Shown piece after piece: positions 29,277 through 37,930 of a DNA stretch of 64,000 nt. The stretch comes from Minisyncoccales bacterium (GTDB lineage Bacteria; Patescibacteriota; Minisyncoccia; Minisyncoccales; JBAMLS01). The first letter of the stretch is position 1; each line of letters starts with the position of its first letter. The position numbers were made by a program, and so were the translations under genes. The DNA is taken from contig JBAMLS010000001.1 of the NCBI GenBank assembly GCA_039793445.1, positions 3,504 to 67,503 on the forward strand, written 5' to 3'. The notes beneath the pieces are model-generated. The model saw only the letters and a list, made by a program, of their open reading frames with translations, did not search any database and was not told the DNA's origin.

Positions 29277-29771
29277 TTATTTAAAATCTTCTATTTGGTA
29301 TATAGCCGCGCAAATGGCGCATACAGGTTTACCTTTGCATTTAATACCAGAAATAAGATAATTTATTTTTCCATATTTATATTCTTTTCTTCTCTTTATT
29401 AAATCTTTTAAGGATAGAGTTATTAACTTTTTCAATTCTTTTTTATTATCTGCTGTGTCTTCTACAAATAGACCCTTTCCCTCTTTGTTTTGTACCCAAC
29501 CCAAACCCGCAAAAGCGTATTTTCCTTTTTTAGTTTCTATTTTTTTTGCTAAAACTACATATAATTTTTTACCATAATCTTCTTCTCTGAATTTAATTTT
29601 TTTAAATATAATTTTTGAATTTTCTGGAATTATAGAAGAAAGATAAATTAAATTAAAATTTGATATTCTGGCATCATATAAAGCAGCGTCAAAAGCAGAA
29701 AGTTGGGTATTGCCCTTCCCTTTTCCTTTTACTAAAAAAATATATCTTTCTTTTAAAGAACGTTCTACCAT
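29277..29771 (-). CDS. pdaD: Pyruvoyl-dependent arginine decarboxylase
   Basis: [25 protein letters not shown] (S|S cleavage site), GLGW, GLFVE. ATG 29771 avoids overlap with metG. Confidence 0.82.
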   Translation of the reverse strand: MVERSLKERYIFLVKGKGKGNTQLSAFDAALYDARISNFNLIYLSSIIPENSKIIFKKIKFREEDYGKKLYVVLAKKIETKKGKYAFAGLGWVQNKEGKGLFVEDTADNKKELKKLITLSLKDLIKRRKEYKYGKINYLISGIKCKGKPVCAICAAIYQIEDFK

Positions 29772-29775
29772 ATAT

Positions 29776-31209
29776 TTATATTTTTTGAAAAACAATTTCT
29801 TTATTTAATGTTTTGACCTGAAAATCTATTTTTTTTGAAGTTTCTGGTAAAAAAGGTTTCAAAATATTTGAAATTTCACTTAATAAAAATAATAAATTTG
29901 ATATTTTTTGTTTTTGATCTTTATTTTTTTCCCAAGGTCTTGTTTTTTCTATATATTTATCAGTATAAGAAATCAAGTTCCAAATTTCTATTAAAGCTTC
30001 ATTTAATTTAAATTCTTTCATTTTTTGGTGATAAATTTTTAGGCTCTTTTTTAAAAAAACTAAACTTTCTTTAGATCCTTTTTTAGTTTTAACTTTTTCT
30101 CTTTGTGCAAGCGAAATAATTCTATTTACTAAATTACCCAAACCCAAAGCTAAATCCGCATTATATCTTTTCTCAAATTTCTCAAAGGTAAAGTCAACAT
30201 CTTCAAAGGGAGAAGATTCTCTTAAAAAATAGTATCTCACGGCATCTTTTCCATATTTTTGAACTAATTCAAATGGATCAACTATATTTCCTAAACTTTT
30301 TGACATTTTTTGGCCTTCTACCTTAATAAAACTATGAACTAAAATAGCGCGAGGAAGTTCTATTTTTGCAGATAACAAAAAGGCTAACCAATAAATTGCA
30401 TGAAATTTTAATATATCTTTTCCTATTAAATGTAAATCTGCTGGCCAATATTTTTTATATTTTTTTGAATTATTACCATAACCTATAGCCGAAATATAGT
30501 TTGCAAGAGCGTCAAACCAAACATAAATTTTTTGAGAATTATCATTTGGAACTAAAATACCAATCCCCTCTAATCTTTCTGAAGGTCTTGAAATACTTAA
30601 ATCTTCTAACTCTGAATTTAAGATATTTAATATTTCATTTTTCTTTGATTCTGGAATTATTTTAACTTTATCTTTTTGAATAATATTTTTTATTTTTTCT
30701 TTATATTTTGAAAGTCTAAAAAAATAATTTTCTTCTCTTACTTTTTCTGGCTCTCTTTGGTGTAAAGGACACTTTCCCGAAACTAAATCTTTTTTTGTTA
30801 AAAACGCCTCACAACCTACACAATATAAACCTTCATATTGTTTTTTATAGATATCGCCGTTTTTTTGACATTCTTGCCATAATTTTTGAACTCCGGGCCA
30901 ATGAATTTTTTTATCAGTTGTTCTTATAAAGTAACTATTAGAAATATCTAAAACTTTAGCGAGTTTTTTGAATTTTTGAGCGTTTCTTGAAATAAATTTT
31001 AAAGGAGATATATTTTCTTTTTTAGCTGAAATTACATTTTTTTGAGCATTTTCATCAGTACCGGTTAAGAAAAAAACATCTTTTCCAATCAAACGATTGT
31101 ATCTTGCAATAGTATCTGCTTGAATTAATTCCAAAGCATGGCCTAAATGCGGTGAAGCATTCACATAAAAAATAGAAGTAGTTAAATAAAATTTTTTATC
31201 TTTTGTCAT
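29776..31209 (-). CDS. metG: Methionine--tRNA ligase (short, monomeric type)
   Basis: YVN..PHLGH, TGTDE, YCVGCE, YVWFDAL, IGKDI.KFH, KMSKSLGN. Confidence 0.96.
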   Translation of the reverse strand: MTKDKKFYLTTSIFYVNASPHLGHALELIQADTIARYNRLIGKDVFFLTGTDENAQKNVISAKKENISPLKFISRNAQKFKKLAKVLDISNSYFIRTTDKKIHWPGVQKLWQECQKNGDIYKKQYEGLYCVGCEAFLTKKDLVSGKCPLHQREPEKVREENYFFRLSKYKEKIKNIIQKDKVKIIPESKKNEILNILNSELEDLSISRPSERLEGIGILVPNDNSQKIYVWFDALANYISAIGYGNNSKKYKKYWPADLHLIGKDILKFHAIYWLAFLLSAKIELPRAILVHSFIKVEGQKMSKSLGNIVDPFELVQKYGKDAVRYYFLRESSPFEDVDFTFEKFEKRYNADLALGLGNLVNRIISLAQREKVKTKKGSKESLVFLKKSLKIYHQKMKEFKLNEALIEIWNLISYTDKYIEKTRPWEKNKDQKQKISNLLFLLSEISNILKPFLPETSKKIDFQVKTLNKEIVFQKI

Positions 31210-31879
31210 TTTTTATAATAATAACAAATTCTCCTTTTACTTTGTCTTTTTTAAGTTCTTCTAATACCTGATTTATCTTTCCCCGATAAATTTTTTCAAA
31301 ATATTTCGTCAATTCCTTTCCAACCACAACCTTTAAATTATTATTTATTTTTTTTAATTCCTCTAACGATTTAAGAATCCGGTGCGAAGATTCAAAAAAA
31401 ATTATTGGTAAATTTGAAAAAGCAATTTTTGCAAAAAGCGACTTTCTTTTTTTCTTTTTTGGCAAAAAACCTAAAAATAAAAATTTTTCCATTTTCATCC
31501 CCGCTACAGAAGCAATCGCGCAAATAGCAGAAGGACCAGGAATAGGAATAATTTTAATATCTTTTCCAAAAACTTCAACAATTTTTTCTATTAATTTGTT
31601 TCCAGGATCTGAAATGCCTGGAGTGCCAGCATCAGATAATAAAGCGAGATTTTTACCCTCTTTTAATAAAGATATAATATAATTAATTTTTTCAATTTTA
31701 GAATGATGATGATAAGAAATTAAAGGTTTTCCAATAGAATAATATTCTAATAATTTTTTTGTTACTCTAGTATCCTCACATAATATAAAATTAACCTTTT
31801 TTAAGATATTTACCGCTCTTTGTGTTATATCTTCTAAATTTCCTATAGGACTAGCGACAATATATAATATTCCTGGCAT
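31196..31879 (-). CDS. rsmI: 16S rRNA (cytidine-1402-2'-O)-methyltransferase
   Basis: LYIVASPIGNLEDIT, CEDTR, SDAGTPGISDPG, ELTK. Confidence 0.96.
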   Translation of the reverse strand: MPGILYIVASPIGNLEDITQRAVNILKKVNFILCEDTRVTKKLLEYYSIGKPLISYHHHSKIEKINYIISLLKEGKNLALLSDAGTPGISDPGNKLIEKIVEVFGKDIKIIPIPGPSAICAIASVAGMKMEKFLFLGFLPKKKKRKSLFAKIAFSNLPIIFFESSHRILKSLEELKKINNNLKVVVGKELTKYFEKIYRGKINQVLEELKKDKVKGEFVIIIKNDKR

Positions 31880-32892
31880 TAATTTTGAGAAATATTTTTA
31901 GCTAAAAAATATTCCTTTAAAAATTCTGATAAAATACCTAAAAGAGGAATTGCTAACACTGCACCCAATGGCCCCCAAAGTCTTTCACCAACTACTAAAG
32001 ACAATAAAACTAAACTTGGGGAAATATTCATAATTTTGCGGAAAAAGAGGGGTGAAAAAATATTATTTTGAATTATCTGTAAGGCAATGAAAGAAATAAT
32101 AGAAAAAATAGCTTTTAAAGGCGAATCTATTAATCCAGTAAAAAAAATTAAAACTCCGGCAAAGATACCCCCCAAATAGGGCACAAAATCTAATATTCCA
32201 GCTAAAATAGCTAATAAAAATGAATATCTTACTTGAAAAATATATAAAACTATATAAACCGAAACAGCAAGAAAAATACAAGAAATAATTCTCACTAAAA
32301 ACCACTCGATTACTTTTTGCTCGCTTTTTCGCCATAAAAGAATTAATCTTTCTTTATATTTTTCAGGCAAAATAAGAGAAATTAAATTTACAAATATATC
32401 CTTTTGTAAAGATAGAAAAAAAGCAAGAGTAATAGTAAAAATGGTCCAAGAAATATTACCAAAAATAGCAGATAAAGCTAAAAAAGCGCTTTGGCCTATT
32501 TTTTCAAAATTTGAAGGATCTGGATAAAGAAGTTTGTGCAAAAAATTAACATTGATACCAAACATTTTAAATAAAGGAGAAAGTTGGTTTAAATATATTG
32601 GAAGATTGTCAATAATTTGTAAAATTTCTTTTTCAATTATTGGTCCGCTTTTCCATAATAAAACTCCAATTAGAGAAAAACTACCCACATAAATTAAAAT
32701 AGCGGCAATAATACGGGGAATTTTCTTTCTTTCTAAAAAATCAATAAAAAAATTGGCAACAATAGAAATAATGACACCAAATATAACCCATACAATTAAA
32801 TCTTTTAGTAAATAAAGAAAATATAAAGATATTATTAACAAAATTATTTTATAAATAGCGCTAAAACTAATATCAATATTTTCTCTTTCCAT
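31879..32892 (-). CDS. AI-2E family transporter
   Basis: Multi-TM; FVPYLG, Q.IQNNIFSP, G.LGAVLAIP motifs. Confidence 0.85.
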   Translation of the reverse strand: MERENIDISFSAIYKIILLIISLYFLYLLKDLIVWVIFGVIISIVANFFIDFLERKKIPRIIAAILIYVGSFSLIGVLLWKSGPIIEKEILQIIDNLPIYLNQLSPLFKMFGINVNFLHKLLYPDPSNFEKIGQSAFLALSAIFGNISWTIFTITLAFFLSLQKDIFVNLISLILPEKYKERLILLWRKSEQKVIEWFLVRIISCIFLAVSVYIVLYIFQVRYSFLLAILAGILDFVPYLGGIFAGVLIFFTGLIDSPLKAIFSIISFIALQIIQNNIFSPLFFRKIMNISPSLVLLSLVVGERLWGPLGAVLAIPLLGILSEFLKEYFLAKNISQN

Positions 32893-32895
32893 ATA

Positions 32896-34158
32896 TTAAA
32901 TCTTTAATAAATTTAAAAAATCATTTTCTTTTTGAGGACCAATAATTGCTAAATTCAGGTTTTCTTTTTTAAATATTTCTTTTGCCACTTTTTTAATATC
33001 TTCGGTAGCAATATTATCTATTTCTTTTTTTAATTGATCTGGGGTTAAAATTTTATCAGTAAGAAATTCTTGAAAAGCATAAAATCTTGCTTCAGATTCC
33101 GAATTATCTAAAGATAAAGTTAGATTTCCTTTTAAATATTCTTTTGCCATTTTAATTTCTTCTGGCAAAATTTTTCCATCTTTTACATTTTTATATTCTT
33201 TTAAAATTAACTTTATGACTTCTTTTACTTTTTCGTGGGGTACACCCAAACTTGTTGTTAAATAGCCATGATCTGTATATAAAACCGAAGAGGTGTAAAT
33301 ATAATAAGATATACCTAATTTTGTTCTTATTTTTTGGAAAAATCTTGAACTCATATTTCCTCCCAAAATTACACTAATAATTTCTTGAGCATACTTTTCT
33401 TTACTATTTAAATTATATCCTTTTACACCAATAGAAATGTGCGTTTGATCAGTCTTTTTTTGCATTATTTTTATTTTAGGCTTGATATTATTTTGGGAAA
33501 TAATTTTTTCATTTTTTTTAAAACCCCTTTTTAAATTTTTAAAATATTTTAAAGCTAAATTAATCATCTCTTTTTCCTTAAAATTTCCAGCCAAAACCAA
33601 CATTGCATTTTCTAATAAATAATATCTATTTAAGTAACTTAAAAAATCTTCCCTCTTAAATCTTTTAATATTTTCTTTTTTTCCGATTACACTCCAACCA
33701 ATTGGTTGATCATCATATAAAGATTCTTCAAATAAGTCTCCAATATATGATATAGGAGTATCTAAATACATATTATATTCTTGCAAAATAACACCTCTTT
33801 CTTTTTCCATTTCTTTTTCTTCAAATTTAGAATTTAATAAAATATCAGATAAAAAATCAAAAGCAAGCTCTAAATAAGATTTATCTACTTTAGCAAAATA
33901 ATATGTATATTCTTTAGAGGTAAAAGCATTATAAATACCACCTATTGAATCTAAGGTAATTGCAATATCTTTTTGAGTAGGTCTTTTCTTTGTTCCTTTA
34001 AAAAATAAATGTTCTAAAAAGTGAGAAATACCATTTTCTTCTTTTTTTTCATATCTACTTCCAACACCAAAAATCATCATTACCGTTACTATATCGGTAT
34101 TATTAGATGGCACAAAGATTGTTTTTAATCCGTTTTTTAAAATAATTTTTTTATACAT
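32896..34158 (-). CDS. M16 family (pitrilysin-like) zinc peptidase
   Basis: GISHFLEH (HxxEH), NAFTSKEYT, ERGVILQE, LGGNMSSRFF. Confidence 0.94.
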   Translation of the reverse strand: MYKKIILKNGLKTIFVPSNNTDIVTVMMIFGVGSRYEKKEENGISHFLEHLFFKGTKKRPTQKDIAITLDSIGGIYNAFTSKEYTYYFAKVDKSYLELAFDFLSDILLNSKFEEKEMEKERGVILQEYNMYLDTPISYIGDLFEESLYDDQPIGWSVIGKKENIKRFKREDFLSYLNRYYLLENAMLVLAGNFKEKEMINLALKYFKNLKRGFKKNEKIISQNNIKPKIKIMQKKTDQTHISIGVKGYNLNSKEKYAQEIISVILGGNMSSRFFQKIRTKLGISYYIYTSSVLYTDHGYLTTSLGVPHEKVKEVIKLILKEYKNVKDGKILPEEIKMAKEYLKGNLTLSLDNSESEARFYAFQEFLTDKILTPDQLKKEIDNIATEDIKKVAKEIFKKENLNLAIIGPQKENDFLNLLKI

Positions 34159-35515
34159 TAAATTTATCTTTAAAATATGAAATTAAATCTGAAACCTTTA
34201 TTCTTTCTTGGAACATTGTATCCCTATCTCTTACAGTTACAGTATCGTCTTCTAATGTTTGAAAATCGATTGTCACGGCAAATGGACAACCTATTTCATC
34301 AAATCTTCTATATCTTCTTCCTATAGAACCATTTTCATCATATTCACAAAAAAAGTGATTTTTTAAAAGCTTACAAATCTCTTTTGATTTTATAATTAAT
34401 TCTTCTTTGTTTGTTAAAAGTGGGAAAACAGCAATTTGAATAGGAGCTAAATTTTTGTTTAATTTTAATAATATCTCAACTTCTTTAGTTTTTTGGGTAG
34501 TTATTGTTCTACCTCCTTTTATTTCTTCAAAAGCGTCGCATAAAATTGCCAAAAATAATCTATCTATACCAAGAGTAGGTTCTATTACAAAAGGAATATA
34601 TCTTTTTTTCTTAAGATCGTCAAAATAACTTAAATCTTTTCCAGACATTTTACTATGCGCTTTCAAATCAAAATCAGTTCTATTTGCTATACCAGCTAAT
34701 TCTCCCCAACCAAAAGGAAATTTATATTCAATATCCATAGTTCTTTTTGAATAGTGCGCTAAAGATTCTTTTTTATGTTCATAGAGTCTTAAATTTTCTT
34801 CTTTTATTCCAAGAGAAATAATAAAATTTTTCCATTCTTTTACCCAATAATCAAAAAATTTTTCGTCATCTTTTGGTTCAACAAAATATTCTATCTCTCC
34901 GATTTCAAATTCTCTTGATCTAAAAATGAAATTGCCAGTAGTAATTTCATTTCTAAAGGCTTTACCAATTTGACCTATTCCAAAAGGAATTTTTAATCTT
35001 AAGGTTTGTAAAACTAAATTAAAATCTAAAAACATCGATTGGGCAGTTTCTGGTCTTAAAAAAGTTAAATGACTTTCATCTTCTACTGGTCCCAAAAAGG
35101 TTTTGAACATTAAATTAAACTGTCGAGGTGGGGTAAATTCTTTACCTCCACATAAAGGACATTGATTTTTTTCCTTCGCCTTTCCTTGACCTAAAAATGC
35201 GCCTTCTGCCATATAATCTGCCCTAAATCTTGAATGACAACTTTTACATTCAATTAAAGGATCAGTAAAATTTTCTATATGACCCGAAGCTTCCCACACT
35301 TTTGGATGAAGTATCACGCTACTATCTATTAAAACAATATCATCTCTTTCTTGAATAAATTTTTTTATCCATAATCTTTTAATATTATTTTTTAATAAAG
35401 AACCTAAAGGACCATAATCCCAGATTGCTTCTACGCCTCCATAAATTTCAGAAGACTGAAAAATAAAACCCCTTCTTTTTGCAAAAGAAACAATTTTATC
35501 CATTAATAATTCCAT
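34151..35515 (-). CDS. glyQS: Glycine--tRNA ligase (alpha2, class IIa)
   Basis: DYGPLG, LRPETAQ, FRNEIT, AHYS, GIANRTDFDL; C-terminal anticodon-binding domain (SIGRRYRR.DEIG). Confidence 0.96.
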   Translation of the reverse strand: MELLMDKIVSFAKRRGFIFQSSEIYGGVEAIWDYGPLGSLLKNNIKRLWIKKFIQERDDIVLIDSSVILHPKVWEASGHIENFTDPLIECKSCHSRFRADYMAEGAFLGQGKAKEKNQCPLCGGKEFTPPRQFNLMFKTFLGPVEDESHLTFLRPETAQSMFLDFNLVLQTLRLKIPFGIGQIGKAFRNEITTGNFIFRSREFEIGEIEYFVEPKDDEKFFDYWVKEWKNFIISLGIKEENLRLYEHKKESLAHYSKRTMDIEYKFPFGWGELAGIANRTDFDLKAHSKMSGKDLSYFDDLKKKRYIPFVIEPTLGIDRLFLAILCDAFEEIKGGRTITTQKTKEVEILLKLNKNLAPIQIAVFPLLTNKEELIIKSKEICKLLKNHFFCEYDENGSIGRRYRRFDEIGCPFAVTIDFQTLEDDTVTVRDRDTMFQERIKVSDLISYFKDKFNV

Positions 35516-35523
35516 ACTATCTG

Positions 35524-37191
35524 TTATTGGTTATTTTCAACTATTGTACCCCCTCGAATATCAATTGAATTATCATCTGGTAAGGTAGAATCTTTACCCT
35601 CTGCCTTTTCTTTTATAATTTCTCCTGTCACTGCGTCTATTCCAGAAAATTCTGATTCATTTAATAAATTAACAACCTTTCCAACCTGAGATTCCTGGGG
35701 AGTAAACTCTATCTGAAAAGCTAAGGTTAAAGGAGTAGAAGACTCAGATCCTACCCAAGGGGAAATGTCGCCTATATTCCAAATAATTTCTCTTGAATTT
35801 TGATCAAAAGTAAATTTTGCATCCTCTGGGAAAATTTTTCCCGTAAGTTGAATATATTCAGGTAAAGTTGTTTTTATCCTTGCGTTTTTAATCCCATTCC
35901 AGCCAGATTTTATCTGCCAAAGAACAGTATATTGCGTAGAAGAACCAATTTGAGGAGGAACTGGACCTTCATTATCAAAAATATCTTGTTGTCTTAAAAC
36001 TTTTTGAGAAAAGTTTATATAAGAATTTACACTATTTTGAAATGTTTTTTGAATATCACCAAAACTTATTTTTAAAGTTAAAAGAGGAGTGCCAGAATTT
36101 GTGCCAATAGCATCTATTCCTTTTAATTTTACCCAGAAATCAGCCTTTCCTTCTTCTAAAGCGTCCAAAAATCTTAATGAAGGCACATCTTTCCAATCCC
36201 ATAAAATAGTATTATCACCCTTTGCAAAAGATCCCTTGGGCACTAAGACAGTATCTAAATCGAAAAGGTCACCCTGAAGAGTTACTAATAAAAATTTCTT
36301 TTCTACTGGTTTTTGACTTAAATTTTTAAAAAATATTTCATAATGCAACAATTCTCCTGCTTGGGGTTTATAATCTGCTATACCATTAATTAAATAAGAA
36401 ATAAAAACAGGAGATTGAGCAATTTCTAATGACTGGGATGTTTCTTTTAAAACTATAAAATTATTATCTAAAATTATTCCCAATTTTGCTCTAAAAATTT
36501 GTTGGCTCTTTTCTTGACCTGAAATAATACCAGAAATCATAATTCTTCCCCCATTTAATTTTTTTAAAAGAGGAATTTGCCATTGATTTTGTTCTATACC
36601 CTGAGGCTTAGCTTTAATGAATTGAAAACCAGAAGGATAATCTATTTGAATAGCCAAATTTTCCAAATCTGCTTCACTATTTGAAAAATAATTTAAAGAA
36701 AAATTAATTTCTGTATTACTTTCACTTTTTAAAGGTAAATCAAATTCAAAAGTTATCGGAACAAACTGAATTTTTGTATTAAAAGAGGTATTTACTTCAT
36801 ATCTCGCCTTTAAATTTTTTGGTTGAAAACTCAAATATGCTTTTGCCACCAAATTATCTCCTTCTTTACCAAAAAGGATACCTTTGAAAGTAAAACTATT
36901 TTCTTGTCCTGGATAAATATCAGGTAAGGTTTTAATAATTCTCTTTTGACTTTCTTTTGAAATGGAATTTTGGGGAAATTCAAAAACTAATTCTGGTTTT
37001 TCAAGAGTAGTATTCCCATTATTTTTATAGCGAACAGTATATTCTATATTTTGCCCAGCCGAAATTGTATCTGGAGCTAAAATTTCTAATTTTAAAACTT
37101 CTTTAGAAAACTGCACTTTTTCAAAATATAGAAAAATAAAACCAACTAATAAAATTAATAAAAATAAAATTATCCCTAAAACCTTATTCAT
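35524..37191 (-). CDS. Membrane-anchored/secreted protein with repeated Ig-like (DUF11-like) domains
   Basis: N-terminal TM; four beta-rich repeats of type G..I.Y.I.YKN...L...P (e.g. AGQNIEYTVRYKNNG, AGELLHYEIFFKNLS). Confidence 0.55.
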   Translation of the reverse strand: MNKVLGIILFLLILLVGFIFLYFEKVQFSKEVLKLEILAPDTISAGQNIEYTVRYKNNGNTTLEKPELVFEFPQNSISKESQKRIIKTLPDIYPGQENSFTFKGILFGKEGDNLVAKAYLSFQPKNLKARYEVNTSFNTKIQFVPITFEFDLPLKSESNTEINFSLNYFSNSEADLENLAIQIDYPSGFQFIKAKPQGIEQNQWQIPLLKKLNGGRIMISGIISGQEKSQQIFRAKLGIILDNNFIVLKETSQSLEIAQSPVFISYLINGIADYKPQAGELLHYEIFFKNLSQKPVEKKFLLVTLQGDLFDLDTVLVPKGSFAKGDNTILWDWKDVPSLRFLDALEEGKADFWVKLKGIDAIGTNSGTPLLTLKISFGDIQKTFQNSVNSYINFSQKVLRQQDIFDNEGPVPPQIGSSTQYTVLWQIKSGWNGIKNARIKTTLPEYIQLTGKIFPEDAKFTFDQNSREIIWNIGDISPWVGSESSTPLTLAFQIEFTPQESQVGKVVNLLNESEFSGIDAVTGEIIKEKAEGKDSTLPDDNSIDIRGGTIVENNQ

Positions 37192-37921
37192 ATTTTTGAT
37201 AATTTTTCAAAAAATCTAAATAAAATTTCGTAATTAATTTTAAATTTAAAAAATCGGCTTTTAAAATTCTTAAATTTTTATAATCTTCGTGAAGAAAAAA
37301 TTTTAATATTTTTATGGTATTAAAATTAATCGGTTTTACATAATCTTTTTCATCTAAAAAATTTTTTCTAAAACATTTTTTGCAAATTATCCCTCCTTCT
37401 TTTACTGAAAAATAAAATATATCATCCTTTTTAGGTTTTATTTTACAAGATATACAATGTTCTAAAACTGGTTTAAATCCTAAAATAGCAATTAAATTCC
37501 ATAAATAATAATAATATAAAGACAACAAAAAAGCAATTTTTATATTTGCTAATTTTTTAAAAAAATTATTTAATAAAAACCATAAATTTTCATCTTTTTC
37601 CTCAAAGGGTATTAAAGAAAAAAGAACGTTGACAAAGGCTAAAGCTATTTTTAATTTTCTTTCATCTCCTCTAATTCCGTAAAATTTATCAATCGGAAAA
37701 CTATCAGTTAATATTTTTTGATTTTTTCCTTGAACAAACTCAACACTGCCCAATAAAAATAGGGTAGCATTTTCTTTTAATTTGGCATTAATTTTCCTTA
37801 TACCCCTTGCAAAAATTTCTATTTTTCCGAAATCTTTAGTAAATAAGATAAAAATTTTATCCGCATCTCCAATCTCTTCTTCTCCTAAAAAGAGAGCTTC
37901 AGTATTCTGCTTTGAAAACAT
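37184..37921 (-). CDS. recO: DNA repair protein RecO
   Basis: DADKIFILFTKDFGKI..FARGIRK OB fold; CISC...GGIICKKC zinc finger. Confidence 0.92.
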   Translation of the reverse strand: MFSKQNTEALFLGEEEIGDADKIFILFTKDFGKIEIFARGIRKINAKLKENATLFLLGSVEFVQGKNQKILTDSFPIDKFYGIRGDERKLKIALAFVNVLFSLIPFEEKDENLWFLLNNFFKKLANIKIAFLLSLYYYYLWNLIAILGFKPVLEHCISCKIKPKKDDIFYFSVKEGGIICKKCFRKNFLDEKDYVKPINFNTIKILKFFLHEDYKNLRILKADFLNLKLITKFYLDFLKNYQKYE

Positions 37922-37930
37922 AAAAAATTA

